The notes below the pieces were generated by a model. That model ran no database searches. It saw nothing but the letters and a program-made list of their open reading frames with translations, and had not been told where the DNA came from. A program made the position numbers and the translations under genes. Shown here in pieces: positions 1 to 13,084 of a stretch of 64,000 nucleotides of DNA; positions within the stretch are counted from its first letter, which is position 1, and every line of letters begins with the position of its first letter. This DNA comes from Escherichia coli (GTDB taxonomy: Bacteria; Pseudomonadota; Gammaproteobacteria; Enterobacterales; Enterobacteriaceae): assembly GCF_046105845.1 (NCBI RefSeq), contig NZ_CP151004.1; one strand, written 5' to 3'.

Positions 1-285
1 GCTGAACTGCCGTACTCCGTGACCGTGGAGATCGAACGTTTCGTCTCTAACGAACGCGGTGGTTATGACATCAATGGTTTGATTCTCGTTGAGCGTGAAG
101 GGCAGAAGAAGATGGTTATTGGCAACAAAGGGGCCAAGATCAAAACCATCGGGATTGAAGCGCGTAAAGACATGCAGGAAATGTTCGAAGCGCCTGTCCA
201 CCTTGAACTGTGGGTAAAAGTGAAATCCGGTTGGGCCGACGACGAACGCGCACTGCGCAGTCTCGGTTACGTTGACGATCTTTAA
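1..285 (+). CDS. era: GTPase Era, C-terminal part (5' end lies outside the window)
   Basis: Frame-1 translation ends ...[20 protein letters not shown], which I recognise as the Era C-terminus (KH domain region); stop at 283-285; followed by recO as in the rnc-era-recO operon. Confidence 0.9.
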
Positions 286-296
286 GAGTAACTCCG

Positions 297-1025
297 ATGG
301 AAGGCTGGCAGCGCGCATTTGTCCTGCATAGTCGCCCGTGGAGCGAAACCAGCCTGATGCTGGACGTCTTCACGGAGGAATCGGGTCGCGTGCGTCTGGT
401 TGCCAAAGGCGCACGCTCTAAACGCTCTACTCTGAAAGGTGCATTACAGCCTTTCACCCCTCTCTTGCTACGTTTCGGCGGGCGTGGTGAAGTCAAAACG
501 CTGCGCAGTGCTGAAGCTGTCTCGCTGGCGCTGCCATTAAGCGGTATCACGCTTTACAGCGGTCTGTACATCAACGAACTTCTCTCCCGCGTACTGGAAT
601 ACGAGACGCGCTTCTCTGAACTCTTTTTCGATTACTTGCACTGCATTCAGTCTCTTGCAGGTGCCACTGGTACGCCAGAACCCGCGCTGCGCCGCTTTGA
701 ACTGGCACTGCTCGGGCATCTGGGCTATGGCGTCAATTTTACCCATTGCGCGGGTAGCGGCGAGCCGGTAGATGACACCATGACGTATCGTTATCGCGAA
801 GAAAAAGGGTTTATCGCAAGCGTCGTTATCGACAATAAAACGTTCACCGGAAGGCAGTTAAAAGCGTTAAACGCGCGGGAATTTCCTGACGCAGACACAC
901 TGCGCGCCGCGAAACGCTTTACCCGCATGGCGCTTAAGCCGTATCTTGGCGGTAAACCATTAAAGAGCAGGGAACTGTTCCGGCAGTTTATGCCTAAGCG
1001 AACGGTGAAAACACATTATGAATGA
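297..1025 (+). CDS. recO: DNA repair protein RecO
   Basis: 242-aa [31 protein letters not shown]... recognised as RecO; position between era and pdxJ. Confidence 0.95.
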
Positions 1026-1036
1026 TGAGGATTGTC

Positions 1037-1768
1037 ATGGCTGAATTACTGTTAGGCGTCAACATTGACCATATTGCAACGCTGCGTAATGCACGCGGTA
1101 CTGCTTACCCGGATCCGGTGCAGGCGGCGTTTATTGCCGAGCAGGCGGGAGCAGACGGCATTACCGTGCATTTACGTGAAGATCGCCGCCACATTACTGA
1201 CCGCGATGTGCGCATCCTGCGTCAGACGCTGGATACCCGCATGAATCTGGAGATGGCGGTGACCGAAGAGATGCTGGCGATCGCCGTTGAGACGAAGCCA
1301 CATTTTTGCTGCCTGGTACCGGAAAAGCGTCAGGAAGTAACAACCGAAGGCGGCCTGGACGTCGCAGGGCAGCGTGAAAAAATGCGCGATGCCTGCAAAC
1401 GTCTGGCGGAGGCCGGGATCCTGGTTTCTCTGTTTATCGACGCCGATGAAGAGCAGATCAAAGCTGCGGCAGAGGTTGGCGCACCGTTTATCGAGATCCA
1501 CACCGGTTGCTATGCTGATGCCAAAACTGACGCCGAACAGGCGCAAGAGCTGGCGCGTATCGCCAAAGCCGCGACCTTTGCCGCTAGTCTCGGTCTGAAA
1601 GTTAACGCTGGTCACGGTCTGACCTATCACAACGTGAAAGCCATTGCAGCCATCCCTGAGATGCATGAACTGAATATCGGTCATGCCATTATTGGTCGTG
1701 CAGTGATGACCGGACTGAAAGATGCGGTGGCAGAAATGAAGCGTCTGATGCTGGAAGCGCGTGGCTAA
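1037..1768 (+). CDS. pdxJ: Pyridoxine 5'-phosphate synthase PdxJ
   Basis: ORF track starts at 1022 ([10 protein letters not shown]...); I place the start at the ATG at 1037 ([21 protein letters not shown]...), giving the expected 243 aa. Confidence 0.92.
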
Positions 1769-2148
1769 TGGCAATATTAGGTTTAGGTACGGATATTGTG
1801 GAGATCGCTCGCATAGAAGCGGTGATCGCCCGATCCGGTGAGCGCCTGGCACGCCGCGTATTAAGCGATAACGAATGGGCAATCTGGAAAACGCACCACC
1901 AGCCGGTGCGTTTTCTGGCGAAGCGTTTTGCTGTGAAAGAAGCGGCGGCAAAAGCGTTTGGCACCGGGATCCGCAATGGTCTGGCGTTTAATCAATTTGA
2001 AGTATTTAACGATGAGCTCGGCAAACCACGGCTACGGCTATGGGGTGAGGCATTAAAACTGGCGGAAAAGCTCGGCGTTGTAAATATGCATGTAACGCTG
2101 GCAGATGAACGCCACTATGCTTGTGCCACGGTAATTATTGAAAGTTAA
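1768..2148 (+). CDS. acpS: Holo-[acyl-carrier-protein] synthase
   Basis: 126-aa [35 protein letters not shown]...; start codon overlaps the pdxJ stop (TAATG). Confidence 0.95.
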
Positions 2149-2164
2149 AAAAATACCGTTCTCT

Positions 2165-2245
2165 TTATAAAGTAAAACCCCCGAACTGGTGAGGAACGGG
2201 GGTTTTACTTTATTTTGTGCAGCACGCACCCTCAATGAGGATAAT
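2165..2245 (-). ncRNA. ohsC: Candidate antisense sRNA OhsC (type I antitoxin partner of shoB); coordinates approximate
   Basis: Minus-strand unit ending at the bidirectional terminator (2171-2216) with a small 5' stem (cctca/tgagg); location upstream of and divergent from shoB matches what I recall of the K-12 shoB/ohsC arrangement. Boundaries inferred, not measured. Confidence 0.3.
2171..2216. terminator. Intrinsic terminator after acpS, bidirectional in shape
   Basis: Inverted repeat agtaaaacccccg ... cgggggttttact followed by ttattttgtg on the plus strand and preceded by an A-rich run, so it could also terminate a minus-strand RNA. Confidence 0.6.
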
Positions 2246-2558
2246 TATGGATCAGTGTGGTTATCTTTTACAAGCAACTTGCAATCTTTAGTATAAAAAC
2301 TCGAGCCTTGACGAAGAAATCGATATTGATGGCAAGATTAACGTGACCGCCAATTCATAAGTACATTAAAATTGGCTTCGTTATTGGAGATTTTGCTGTG
2401 CTTTACACCATGCCACTGAATTCCCCCATTGAAACGAGTGGTGTCGTCAAAGCTCTGGTGTGGAGTGCAGCATGTACCCTCAATAACTCGCACGTTCAGT
2501 TTTGGGGAGATGTAAGGGCTAATCTGAACGGCTGCATTCCTTGTTTAAGGAAAAACGA

Positions 2559-2639
2559 ATGACTGATTGCCGATACCTGATTAAACGGGTCATCAAAATC
2601 ATCATTGCTGTTTTACAGCTGATCCTTCTGTTCTTATAA
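2559..2639 (+). CDS. shoB: Small toxic membrane peptide ShoB (26 aa), type I toxin
   Basis: ATG at 2559 encodes MTDCRYLIKRVIKIIIAVLQLILLFL then TAA; hydrophobic single-helix peptide; too short for the ORF track; lies between acpS and yfhL. Confidence 0.85.
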   Translation: MTDCRYLIKRVIKIIIAVLQLILLFL

Positions 2640-2656
2640 CATAAGGAAACGTACTT

Positions 2657-2696
2657 AAGGCGCGTCAGGTTAACCAGCCAGGCGCGCCTTTAATAA
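2657..2696. terminator. Stem-loop terminator downstream of shoB
   Basis: aaggcgcg...cgcgcctt inverted repeat (8-bp GC-rich stem) followed by ttaataattat. Confidence 0.5.
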
Positions 2697-2832
2697 TTAT
2701 AAATAAATGTCTGGGCAGATATTATATAAATTCATTTTGTGAATAATTATGCCAATGTCATCAATTAAATAAATATAATGGCGTTAAGGCTTTCCTGTAA
2801 AATAATTAATACTCTACTTCCAGAGCAGAATA

Positions 2833-3129
<297 letters not shown>

Positions 3130-3148
3130 TTATACGCGCATTCTTTAC

Positions 3149-3997
3149 TCAGACCAGTTTTTTCACCAGCGCTTCACTATGACGAATACGTTCTGGTGCC
3201 AGTTCCAGATCCTGCTGAATCAGCGCAATGAACAGCAAATCCGTTAACATTCCCTGCGCGTGACAAGCAGAGATTGAAGCACTGTTTGTCGCTTGTTCTT
3301 CGGCAATGGTATACAGGCAATGAGAAGCGCGCTGTTGCAGGGCATTGGGAGTAAAGCCGGTAATCGCCAGCACTTTTCCGCCCACTCGCAGCATCTCATC
3401 TGCCGCCAGGTTTAACTCGCGTCGTACACCGGTGTAAGAAATGGCTAATAACAGATCGTCAGGGGACGACGCCTGTACTGTAGCGAGTAGCGCATGCATA
3501 TCGCGCACTGCGGCAGCATTGAAGCCAATCTTCATCAGCTTCCAGGCAAAGTTTTGAGCCACCAGACCCGAAGCGCCAATACCGGTCAGAATTATCCGCC
3601 GCGCAGAGCGCAACATTGCCACGCACTCATGCAGCTTCTCTTCACTATTAACGTTTAGCGTTGCGTACATGGCGGCAGTATTTTCTTTAATCAGTTTTTC
3701 GCCGACCAGCCGTAACGGATCATCACCGCGGATTTGGTTATGAATGGGCACGGAGGGAGATTCCGGCTGGCTTGCCAGCGCTTCACTCAACGCCAGCTTA
3801 AGCGCCGGAAAACCTTTATAGCCGAGTTTTTGCGCGAACTTCACGACGCTGGACTGACTGACTCCGGCTTCGTTGGCCAGTTGCTGAGAGCTTAAATGGC
3901 GCGCCGTATCAGGTTGTAGCAGCAGATAATCTGCCAGTTTTTTATCACTCTGGGCAAGCCCCTGGTAACGCTGACGGATACGAAGTAATCCGTTCAT
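3149..3997 (-). CDS. yfhH: RpiR/MurR-family transcriptional regulator (HTH plus SIS domain)
   Basis: Translation MNGLLRIRQRYQGLAQSDKKLADYLL... with an N-terminal HTH and a sugar-isomerase-like C-terminal part; start at the ATG at 3995-3997 (282 aa) rather than the extended ORF. Confidence 0.85.
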   Translation of the reverse strand: MNGLLRIRQRYQGLAQSDKKLADYLLLQPDTARHLSSQQLANEAGVSQSSVVKFAQKLGYKGFPALKLALSEALASQPESPSVPIHNQIRGDDPLRLVGEKLIKENTAAMYATLNVNSEEKLHECVAMLRSARRIILTGIGASGLVAQNFAWKLMKIGFNAAAVRDMHALLATVQASSPDDLLLAISYTGVRRELNLAADEMLRVGGKVLAITGFTPNALQQRASHCLYTIAEEQATNSASISACHAQGMLTDLLFIALIQQDLELAPERIRHSEALVKKLV

Positions 3998-4205
3998 ATC
4001 TTTCCTCGCGATGAAATAGTGGCAACAACAGGCAATATGAGACAAACGCGAGTGAATTTTATATTCCATTGCCGCTAATTGCCATGAATTAAAAATTCCA
4101 GTTAGCCATGATGCGGTCGATTGTTGCCGGAAAAGTGATGATCTATCTGTTAGGCTATGTAGTAGCGAAAATTAATCAGGATGTTTCAGTCCAGAGGAGT
4201 ATGGT

Positions 4206-4841
4206 TTGGCAACTCACGAGCGTCGTGTGGTGTTTTTTGACTTAGATGGAACATTGCATCAGCAGGATATGTTCGGCAGTTTTTTGCGTTATTTACTGCG
4301 TCGCCAACCGCTGAATGCGTTGCTTGTCCTGCCGTTGTTGCCGATCATAGCCATTGCGTTATTGATAAAAGGCCGTGCGGCACGCTGGCCGATGAGTCTG
4401 CTTCTGTGGGGATGCACTTTTGGTCACAATGAAGCGCGTTTGCAGGCGTTGCAGGCCGATTTCGTACGCTGGTTTCGTGACAATGTTACCGCCTTTCCGC
4501 TGGTTCAGGAGCGATTAACCACCTACCTGTTAAGTTCCGATGCTGATATCTGGTTGATTACCGGCTCTCCGCAGCCGCTGGTTGAAGCGGTTTATTTCGA
4601 TACGCCCTGGCTGCCGCGGGTTAATCTTATCGCCAGTCAGATTCAGCGTGGCTATGGTGGTTGGGTATTGACGATGCGTTGCCTCGGGCATGAGAAGGTC
4701 GCGCAACTGGAGCGTAAAATCGGCACGCCACTGCGGTTGTACAGTGGCTATAGCGACAGTAATCAGGACAACCCGCTGCTTTATTTCTGTCAGCATCGTT
4801 GGCGAGTAACCCCGCGCGGTGAACTCCAGCAACTGGAATAG
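4206..4841 (+). CDS. pgpC: Phosphatidylglycerophosphatase C (HAD-like)
   Basis: 211-aa ORF MATHERRVVFFDLDGTLHQQD... with the HAD motif DLDGT; apparent TTG start at 4206 preceded by GAGGAG 6 nt upstream. Confidence 0.85.
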   Translation: MATHERRVVFFDLDGTLHQQDMFGSFLRYLLRRQPLNALLVLPLLPIIAIALLIKGRAARWPMSLLLWGCTFGHNEARLQALQADFVRWFRDNVTAFPLVQERLTTYLLSSDADIWLITGSPQPLVEAVYFDTPWLPRVNLIASQIQRGYGGWVLTMRCLGHEKVAQLERKIGTPLRLYSGYSDSNQDNPLLYFCQHRWRVTPRGELQQLE

Positions 4842-4853
4842 AGTAAAGCATAG

Positions 4854-6955
<2,102 letters not shown>

Positions 6956-7120
6956 TTAGTTAATTCTCTGTGTCGTGCACGTCCCAGCTTGAAAAAACGT
7001 AATAATAGTGAAAGGTTTACTCATAAATGAGCGGCATTTTGCGTAAACCTGCGCCAGTTGGCAACTTATTACAGCCATTGGCGGCACGCGTTGCTAATTC
7101 ACGATGGTGATTTTATTTCC

Positions 7121-7136
7121 ACGCAAACGGTTTCGT
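7121..7136. promoter_or_regulatory. PurR operator (pur box) in the purL control region
   Basis: acgcaaacggtttcgt matches the PurR box consensus (ACGCAAACGTTTTCNT-like palindrome), about 80 bp upstream of the purL start; a tataat hexamer lies at 7154-7159. Confidence 0.6.
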
Positions 7137-7212
7137 CAGCGCATCAGATTCTTTATAATGACGCCCGTTTCCCCCCCTTGGGTACACCGAAAGCTTAGAA
7201 GACGAGAGACTT

Positions 7213-10200
7213 ATGATGGAAATTCTGCGTGGTTCGCCTGCATTGTCGGCATTCCGAATCAACAAACTGCTGGCACGTTTTCAGGCTGCCAGGCTCCCGG
7301 TTCACACTATTTACGCCGAGTATGTCCATTTTGCTGACCTCAATGCGCCGTTAAACGATGATGAGCACGCACAACTTGAACGCCTGCTGAAATATGGCCC
7401 GGCACTCGCCAGCCACGCCCCGCAAGGCAAACTCCTGCTGGTGACCCCGCGTCCTGGCACCATCTCTCCCTGGTCTTCGAAAGCGACCGATATTGCCCAT
7501 AACTGCGGGCTGCAACAGGTAAACCGCCTTGAGCGCGGCGTTGCTTACTATATAGAAGCCGGTACGCTGACCAATGAACAATGGCAGCAGGTTACCGCTG
7601 AACTGCACGACCGCATGATGGAAACGGTCTTTTTTGCTTTAGATGATGCAGAGCAGCTGTTTGCACACCATCAACCGACTCCGGTCACCAGCGTTGATTT
7701 GCTGGGGCAGGGCCGTCAGGCGCTAATCGACGCTAACCTGCGTCTTGGCCTGGCACTGGCGGAAGATGAAATTGACTATTTGCAGGATGCTTTCACAAAG
7801 CTTGGTCGTAACCCGAACGACATCGAACTGTATATGTTTGCCCAGGCGAACTCCGAGCACTGCCGCCACAAAATTTTTAACGCCGACTGGATTATCGACG
7901 GTGAACAGCAGCCGAAATCGCTGTTTAAGATGATCAAAAACACCTTCGAAACCACGCCGGATCACGTTCTCTCTGCTTATAAAGATAACGCCGCCGTAAT
8001 GGAAGGTTCTGAAGTGGGCCGCTACTTTGCTGACCACGAAACGGGCCGCTACGATTTCCATCAGGAACCTGCGCATATCCTGATGAAAGTTGAAACTCAC
8101 AACCACCCGACGGCGATTTCTCCGTGGCCGGGCGCGGCGACCGGTTCCGGCGGTGAAATCCGCGATGAAGGTGCCACCGGGCGCGGCGCGAAGCCGAAAG
8201 CTGGTCTGGTCGGTTTCTCCGTGTCCAACCTGCGAATTCCTGGCTTCGAACAACCGTGGGAAGAAGATTTCGGTAAGCCTGAGCGCATTGTCACCGCGCT
8301 GGACATCATGACCGAAGGCCCGCTGGGTGGCGCGGCATTTAACAACGAATTTGGTCGTCCGGCACTGAACGGCTACTTCCGTACTTATGAAGAAAAAGTG
8401 AATAGCCACAATGGCGAAGAGCTGCGCGGTTATCACAAACCGATCATGCTGGCGGGCGGGATCGGCAACATTCGCGCCGATCACGTACAAAAAGCCGAGA
8501 TCAACGTTGGTGCGAAGCTGGTCGTTCTCGGCGGCCCGGCAATGAACATCGGTCTTGGCGGCGGCGCGGCGTCTTCCATGGCGTCTGGTCAGTCTGATGC
8601 CGACCTCGACTTTGCTTCCGTACAGCGCGACAACCCGGAGATGGAGCGTCGCTGCCAGGAAGTGATCGACCGTTGCTGGCAGCTTGGTGATGCCAACCCA
8701 ATCCTGTTTATCCACGACGTCGGCGCTGGCGGTCTTTCTAACGCCATGCCGGAACTGGTGAGCGACGGCGGGCGCGGCGGTAAATTCGAACTGCGCGATA
8801 TCCTGAGCGACGAACCGGGCATGAGCCCGCTGGAAATCTGGTGTAACGAATCCCAGGAACGCTACGTGCTGGCGGTTGCTGCCGATCAGTTACCGCTGTT
8901 TGACGAACTGTGTAAGCGTGAGCGCGCGCCATACGCGGTGATTGGTGAAGCGACCGAAGAACTGCATCTTTCTTTGCACGATCGTCATTTTGATAATCAG
9001 CCGATCGATCTGCCGCTGGACGTACTGCTTGGTAAAACGCCGAAGATGACCCGCGAAGTACAAACGCTGAAAGCGAAGGGTGATGCGCTGGTTCGTGAAG
9101 GGATTACCATTGCTGACGCGGTGAAACGCGTGCTGCACCTGCCGACCGTGGCGGAGAAAACTTTCCTGGTGACCATTGGTGACCGCAGCGTAACCGGCAT
9201 GGTAGCGCGCGATCAGATGGTGGGTCCGTGGCAGGTGCCGGTCGCTAACTGCGCGGTCACTACCGCCAGCCTCGATAGCTACTACGGCGAAGCGATGGCG
9301 ATTGGCGAGCGTGCGCCGGTTGCGCTGCTGGATTTCGCCGCTTCTGCCCGTCTGGCGGTCGGTGAAGCGTTAACCAACATCGCCGCAACACAAATTGGCG
9401 ATATCAAACGCATTAAACTTTCCGCGAACTGGATGGCGGCGGCAGGCCACCCTGGTGAAGATGCGGGCCTGTATGAAGCCGTTAAAGCTGTGGGCGAAGA
9501 ACTTTGTCCGGCGCTGGGCCTGACGATCCCGGTGGGTAAAGACTCTATGTCGATGAAAACCCGCTGGCAGGAAGGTAACGAAGAGCGCGAAATGACGTCG
9601 CCGCTGTCGCTGGTGATTTCTGCATTTGCCCGCGTGGAAGATGTACGTCACACCATTACGCCGCAGCTTTCTACCGAAGATAACGCACTGCTGCTGATTG
9701 ATTTGGGCAAAGGCAATAACGCGCTGGGCGCAACGGCGCTGGCGCAGGTTTATCGTCAGCTTGGCGACAAACCGGCAGATGTACGCGATGTTGCCCAACT
9801 GAAAGGCTTCTATGACGCGATTCAGGCGCTGGTTGCACAGCGTAAGCTGCTGGCGTATCACGACCGCTCTGATGGCGGCCTGCTGGTAACGCTGGCGGAA
9901 ATGGCCTTTGCTGGTCATTGTGGCATTGACGCGGATATCGCCACTCTGGGTGACGATCGCCTGGCTGCATTGTTTAGCGAAGAACTGGGTGCGGTGATTC
10001 AGGTTCGAGCCGCTGACCGTAAAGCAGTTGAAGCGGTACTGGCACAGCATGGGCTTGCTGATTGCGTCCATTATGTTGGCCAGGCGGTTTCCGGTGACCG
10101 TTTTGTGATTACCGCCAACGGGCAGACTGTATTCAGCGAAAGCCGCACTACGTTGCGTGTCTGGTGGGCAGAAACTACCTGGCAGATGCAGCGCCTGCGT

Positions 10201-11100
10201 GACAACCCGGAGTGTGCCGATCAGGAGCATCAGGCGAAATCAAACGACGCCGATCCGGGCCTGAATGTAAAACTGTCGTTCGATATCAACGAAGATGTGG
10301 CAGCACCGTATATTGCCACTGGCGCACGTCCGAAAGTTGCTGTGCTGCGTGAGCAGGGCGTGAACTCGCATGTTGAAATGGCGGCAGCTTTCCACCGTGC
10401 AGGCTTCGATGCTATCGACGTGCATATGAGCGACCTGCTGGCTGGACGCACGGGCCTGGAGGATTTCCACGCCCTGGTCGCGTGCGGTGGTTTCTCCTAC
10501 GGTGATGTGCTGGGTGCCGGTGAAGGTTGGGCGAAGTCTATCCTGTTCAATGACCGTGTACGCGATGAGTTTGCAACCTTCTTCCACCGTCCGCAAACGC
10601 TGGCGCTGGGGGTATGTAACGGTTGCCAGATGATGTCTAATCTGCGCGAACTGATCCCAGGTAGTGAGTTGTGGCCACGTTTTGTGCGCAATACCTCCGA
10701 TCGCTTTGAAGCGCGTTTCAGCCTGGTTGAAGTAACCCAAAGCCCGTCTCTGCTGTTGCAGGGGATGGTGGGCTCGCAAATGCCGATTGCTGTCTCTCAT
10801 GGTGAAGGGCGCGTGGAAGTGCGTGATGCGGCGCATCTGGCGGCACTGGAAAGCAAAGGGCTGGTGGCACTGCGCTATGTCGATAACTTCGGCAAAGTCA
10901 CTGAAACCTACCCGGCTAACCCGAACGGTTCTCCGAATGGTATTACGGCAGTCACGACTGAAAGTGGTCGAGTCACCATTATGATGCCGCACCCGGAACG
11001 TGTTTTCCGTACTGTCAGCAACTCCTGGCATCCGGAAAACTGGGGCGAGGATGGCCCATGGATGCGCATTTTCCGCAATGCGCGTAAGCAGTTGGGGTAA
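7213..11100 (+). CDS. purL: Phosphoribosylformylglycinamidine synthase
   Basis: 1295-aa [29 protein letters not shown]... recognised as large single-chain PurL with a C-terminal glutamine amidotransferase region (GVCNGCQMM). Confidence 0.96.
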   Translation: MMEILRGSPALSAFRINKLLARFQAARLPVHTIYAEYVHFADLNAPLNDDEHAQLERLLKYGPALASHAPQGKLLLVTPRPGTISPWSSKATDIAHNCGLQQVNRLERGVAYYIEAGTLTNEQWQQVTAELHDRMMETVFFALDDAEQLFAHHQPTPVTSVDLLGQGRQALIDANLRLGLALAEDEIDYLQDAFTKLGRNPNDIELYMFAQANSEHCRHKIFNADWIIDGEQQPKSLFKMIKNTFETTPDHVLSAYKDNAAVMEGSEVGRYFADHETGRYDFHQEPAHILMKVETHNHPTAISPWPGAATGSGGEIRDEGATGRGAKPKAGLVGFSVSNLRIPGFEQPWEEDFGKPERIVTALDIMTEGPLGGAAFNNEFGRPALNGYFRTYEEKVNSHNGEELRGYHKPIMLAGGIGNIRADHVQKAEINVGAKLVVLGGPAMNIGLGGGAASSMASGQSDADLDFASVQRDNPEMERRCQEVIDRCWQLGDANPILFIHDVGAGGLSNAMPELVSDGGRGGKFELRDILSDEPGMSPLEIWCNESQERYVLAVAADQLPLFDELCKRERAPYAVIGEATEELHLSLHDRHFDNQPIDLPLDVLLGKTPKMTREVQTLKAKGDALVREGITIADAVKRVLHLPTVAEKTFLVTIGDRSVTGMVARDQMVGPWQVPVANCAVTTASLDSYYGEAMAIGERAPVALLDFAASARLAVGEALTNIAATQIGDIKRIKLSANWMAAAGHPGEDAGLYEAVKAVGEELCPALGLTIPVGKDSMSMKTRWQEGNEEREMTSPLSLVISAFARVEDVRHTITPQLSTEDNALLLIDLGKGNNALGATALAQVYRQLGDKPADVRDVAQLKGFYDAIQALVAQRKLLAYHDRSDGGLLVTLAEMAFAGHCGIDADIATLGDDRLAALFSEELGAVIQVRAADRKAVEAVLAQHGLADCVHYVGQAVSGDRFVITANGQTVFSESRTTLRVWWAETTWQMQRLRDNPECADQEHQAKSNDADPGLNVKLSFDINEDVAAPYIATGARPKVAVLREQGVNSHVEMAAAFHRAGFDAIDVHMSDLLAGRTGLEDFHALVACGGFSYGDVLGAGEGWAKSILFNDRVRDEFATFFHRPQTLALGVCNGCQMMSNLRELIPGSELWPRFVRNTSDRFEARFSLVEVTQSPSLLLQGMVGSQMPIAVSHGEGRVEVRDAAHLAALESKGLVALRYVDNFGKVTETYPANPNGSPNGITAVTTESGRVTIMMPHPERVFRTVSNSWHPENWGEDGPWMRIFRNARKQLG

Positions 11101-11157
11101 GTCGTCAGCCCATTGGTTTTGCAGCCGGATGAGGCATTAAGCACCAACCACTATTAT

Positions 11158-11186
11158 AAGCTCCCAACTTCGGGAGCTTTTTTGTG
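11158..11186 (+). terminator. Rho-independent terminator of purL
   Basis: agctcccaacttcgggagct hairpin followed by tttttgtg. Confidence 0.65.
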
Positions 11187-11298
11187 TCTGTAAATCACGA
11201 CAATGGGTGGTTTACCGTGTCGCTTTATGGCGACACTTAACTCATTGATTTTAATGGCATCTAATAAGTTTATCTTAAGTTGTCTCTTTTTAGCGACA
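11185..11298. promoter_or_regulatory. Three TGTC-N10-GACA inverted repeats (GlrR/QseF-type activator sites) upstream of glmY
   Basis: tgtctgtaaatcacgaca (11185-11202), tgtcgctttatggcgaca (11218-11235) and tgtctctttttagcgaca (11281-11298), spaced as expected for an enhancer-binding-protein site cluster upstream of a sigma54 promoter. Confidence 0.55.
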
Positions 11299-11387
11299 CA
11301 GTGGCTGATTTACAGCCAAATAGCGAAGAAGCCATAAATCCCTCAAAGCAGCGTATAATCAGTACGTTACCAAACTATTTTCTTTAT

Positions 11388-11403
11388 TGGCACAGTTACT
11401 GCA
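11388..11403 (+). promoter_or_regulatory. Sigma54 (-24/-12) promoter of glmY, overlapping a sigma70-like -10
   Basis: tggcac-agtta-ctgca matches TGGCAC-N5-TTGCA; the GC of the -12 element sits about 13 nt before the predicted RNA 5' end; ataata at 11403-11408 could serve as an overlapping sigma70 -10. Confidence 0.65.
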
Positions 11404-11414
11404 TAATAGTAACC

Positions 11415-11598
11415 AGTGGCTCATTCACCGACTTATGTCAGCCCCTTCGGGACGTGCTACATAAAATTCGAATGACGCACAACAAGGTGCCTGCCGTCCA
11501 ACTTCTGATATCAGCGTAGCTATATCAATCATCGGGCGAAACGTCGAGTTAGGCACCGCCTTATTCCATAACAAAGCCGGGTAATTCCCGGCTTTGTT
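11415..11598 (+). ncRNA. glmY: Small RNA GlmY (activator of the GlmZ/glmS pathway)
   Basis: Sequence beginning agtggctcattcaccgacttatgtcagccccttcggg matches my recollection of GlmY; about 184 nt; ends in hairpin aaagccgggtaattcccggcttt plus a U-rich tail; lies upstream of glrK with a sigma54 promoter and GlrR-type sites. Confidence 0.8.
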
Positions 11599-11656
11599 GT
11601 ATCTGAACTTCCCCTCGGTTAGCATCAGGCTATTCGCGTCTGACGAGAGTAACACC

Positions 11657-13084
11657 TTGAAACGCTGGCCCGTTTTTCCCCGCTCATTACGACAACTGGT
11701 AATGCTGGCATTTTTGCTGATTCTGCTGCCCCTGTTGGTGCTGGCATGGCAAGCCTGGCAAAGCCTGAATGCGCTTAGCGATCAGGCGGCGCTGGTTAAC
11801 CGCACTACGCTTATTGATGCCCGGCGCAGTGAAGCGATGACCAACGCGGCGCTGGAGATGGAGCGTAGTTACCGTCAGTATTGCGTGCTGGACGACCCAA
11901 CCCTGGCGAAGGTTTATCAAAGCCAGCGCAAGCGTTACAGCGAAATGCTCGATGCCCACGCAGGCGTGCTGCCGGACGATAAACTCTACCAGGCATTGCG
12001 TCAGGACTTGAACAATCTGGCTCAACTTCAGTGTAACAACAGCGGTCCCGATGCCGCCGCCGCCGCACGTCTTGAAGCCTTTGCCAGTGCCAATACCGAA
12101 ATGGTACAGGCCACGCGCACAGTGGTGTTCTCTCGTGGGCAGCAGCTTCAGCGTGAAATCGCCGAACGTGGGCAATATTTTGGTTGGCAATCGCTGGTGC
12201 TATTTCTGGTGAGTCTGGTGATGGTACTGCTTTTCACACGGATGATTATCGGGCCGGTGAAAAATATCGAGCGCATGATCAACCGTCTGGGGGAAGGGCG
12301 TTCTCTGGGCAATAGCGTCTCGTTCAGTGGACCGAGCGAGTTACGCTCGGTTGGGCAACGTATTCTTTGGTTAAGTGAGCGCCTGTCATGGCTGGAATCC
12401 CAACGTCATCAATTCTTAAGACATTTATCTCATGAATTAAAAACGCCACTGGCGAGTATGCGCGAGGGCACTGAATTACTGGCTGACCAGGTTGTCGGGC
12501 CGCTTACGCCAGAGCAAAAAGAGGTGGTGAGCATCCTTGATAGCAGTAGCCGCAATTTGCAAAAACTGATCGAACAACTGCTTGATTACAACCGTAAACA
12601 AGCGGACAGTGCGGTGGAGCTGGAGAATGTTGAATTAGCACCGCTGGTGGAGACAGTAGTTTCTGCTCATAGCCTGCCAGCACGGGCTAAAATGATGCAT
12701 ACCGACGTCGATCTCAAAGCAACAGCTTGCCTGGCGGAGCCAATGCTGCTGATGAGCGTACTGGATAATCTTTACTCCAATGCGGTGCACTACGGGGCTG
12801 AATCCGGTAACATTTGCCTTCGCAGCAGCTTACATGGCGCGCGGGTTTATATTGATGTCATCAATACAGGCACACCCATTCCGCAAGAGGAACGCGCCAT
12901 GATCTTCGAACCCTTTTTTCAGGGAAGCCACCAGCGAAAAGGGGCGGTGAAGGGCAGCGGTCTGGGATTAAGCATTGCCAGGGATTGTATTCGCCGTATG
13001 CAAGGGGAACTGTATCTGGTCGACGAGAGCGGGCAAGACGTTTGCTTCCGCATTGAATTGCCGTCGTCGAAAAACACGAAATAA
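11657..13084 (+). CDS. glrK: Sensor histidine kinase GlrK (QseE)
   Basis: Start taken at TTG 11657 (MKRWPVFPRSLRQLVMLAF...; 475 aa) because the 5'-extended ORF-track start at 11594 would run through the glmY terminator; H-box HELKTPLASM; HATPase region. Confidence 0.85.
   Translation: MKRWPVFPRSLRQLVMLAFLLILLPLLVLAWQAWQSLNALSDQAALVNRTTLIDARRSEAMTNAALEMERSYRQYCVLDDPTLAKVYQSQRKRYSEMLDAHAGVLPDDKLYQALRQDLNNLAQLQCNNSGPDAAAAARLEAFASANTEMVQATRTVVFSRGQQLQREIAERGQYFGWQSLVLFLVSLVMVLLFTRMIIGPVKNIERMINRLGEGRSLGNSVSFSGPSELRSVGQRILWLSERLSWLESQRHQFLRHLSHELKTPLASMREGTELLADQVVGPLTPEQKEVVSILDSSSRNLQKLIEQLLDYNRKQADSAVELENVELAPLVETVVSAHSLPARAKMMHTDVDLKATACLAEPMLLMSVLDNLYSNAVHYGAESGNICLRSSLHGARVYIDVINTGTPIPQEERAMIFEPFFQGSHQRKGAVKGSGLGLSIARDCIRRMQGELYLVDESGQDVCFRIELPSSKNTK

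Noticed and set aside
1022-1036. 5'-extended ORF-track starts for pdxJ (1022), glrK (11594), qseG (13084), glrR (13850), yphG (19782), yphC (26824), hcaR (33629), iscS (41010), hscA (43576), pepB (46040) and sseA (50218)
   Set aside because: In each case an internal start gives a protein beginning with a recognisable N-terminus, usually has a better ribosome-binding site, and avoids overlap with the upstream gene, terminator or repeat; the longest-ORF extensions were therefore not used.
7104-7337. 77-aa ORF spanning the purL promoter and start
   Set aside because: It overlaps the PurR operator and the purL start in another frame; no support as a gene.
7723-8715. 330-aa minus-strand ORF, and many other 60-300-aa antisense ORFs, inside purL
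   Set aside because: They lie entirely antisense within a well-supported, highly conserved gene (purL) and have Arg-rich, low-complexity translations typical of antisense frames in GC-rich coding DNA.
11300-11318. cagtggctgatttacagcc upstream of glmY, resembling the glmY 5' end (cagtggctcattcaccgac)
   Set aside because: Only 8 contiguous identical bases plus scattered matches; could be chance or a remnant. It is not preceded by a sigma54-type element, so it is not called as a second promoter or RNA.
11280-11519. 79-aa ORF overlapping the glmY promoter and RNA
   Set aside because: It overlaps a recognised sRNA and its sigma54 promoter; no ribosome-binding site; more likely a chance ORF.
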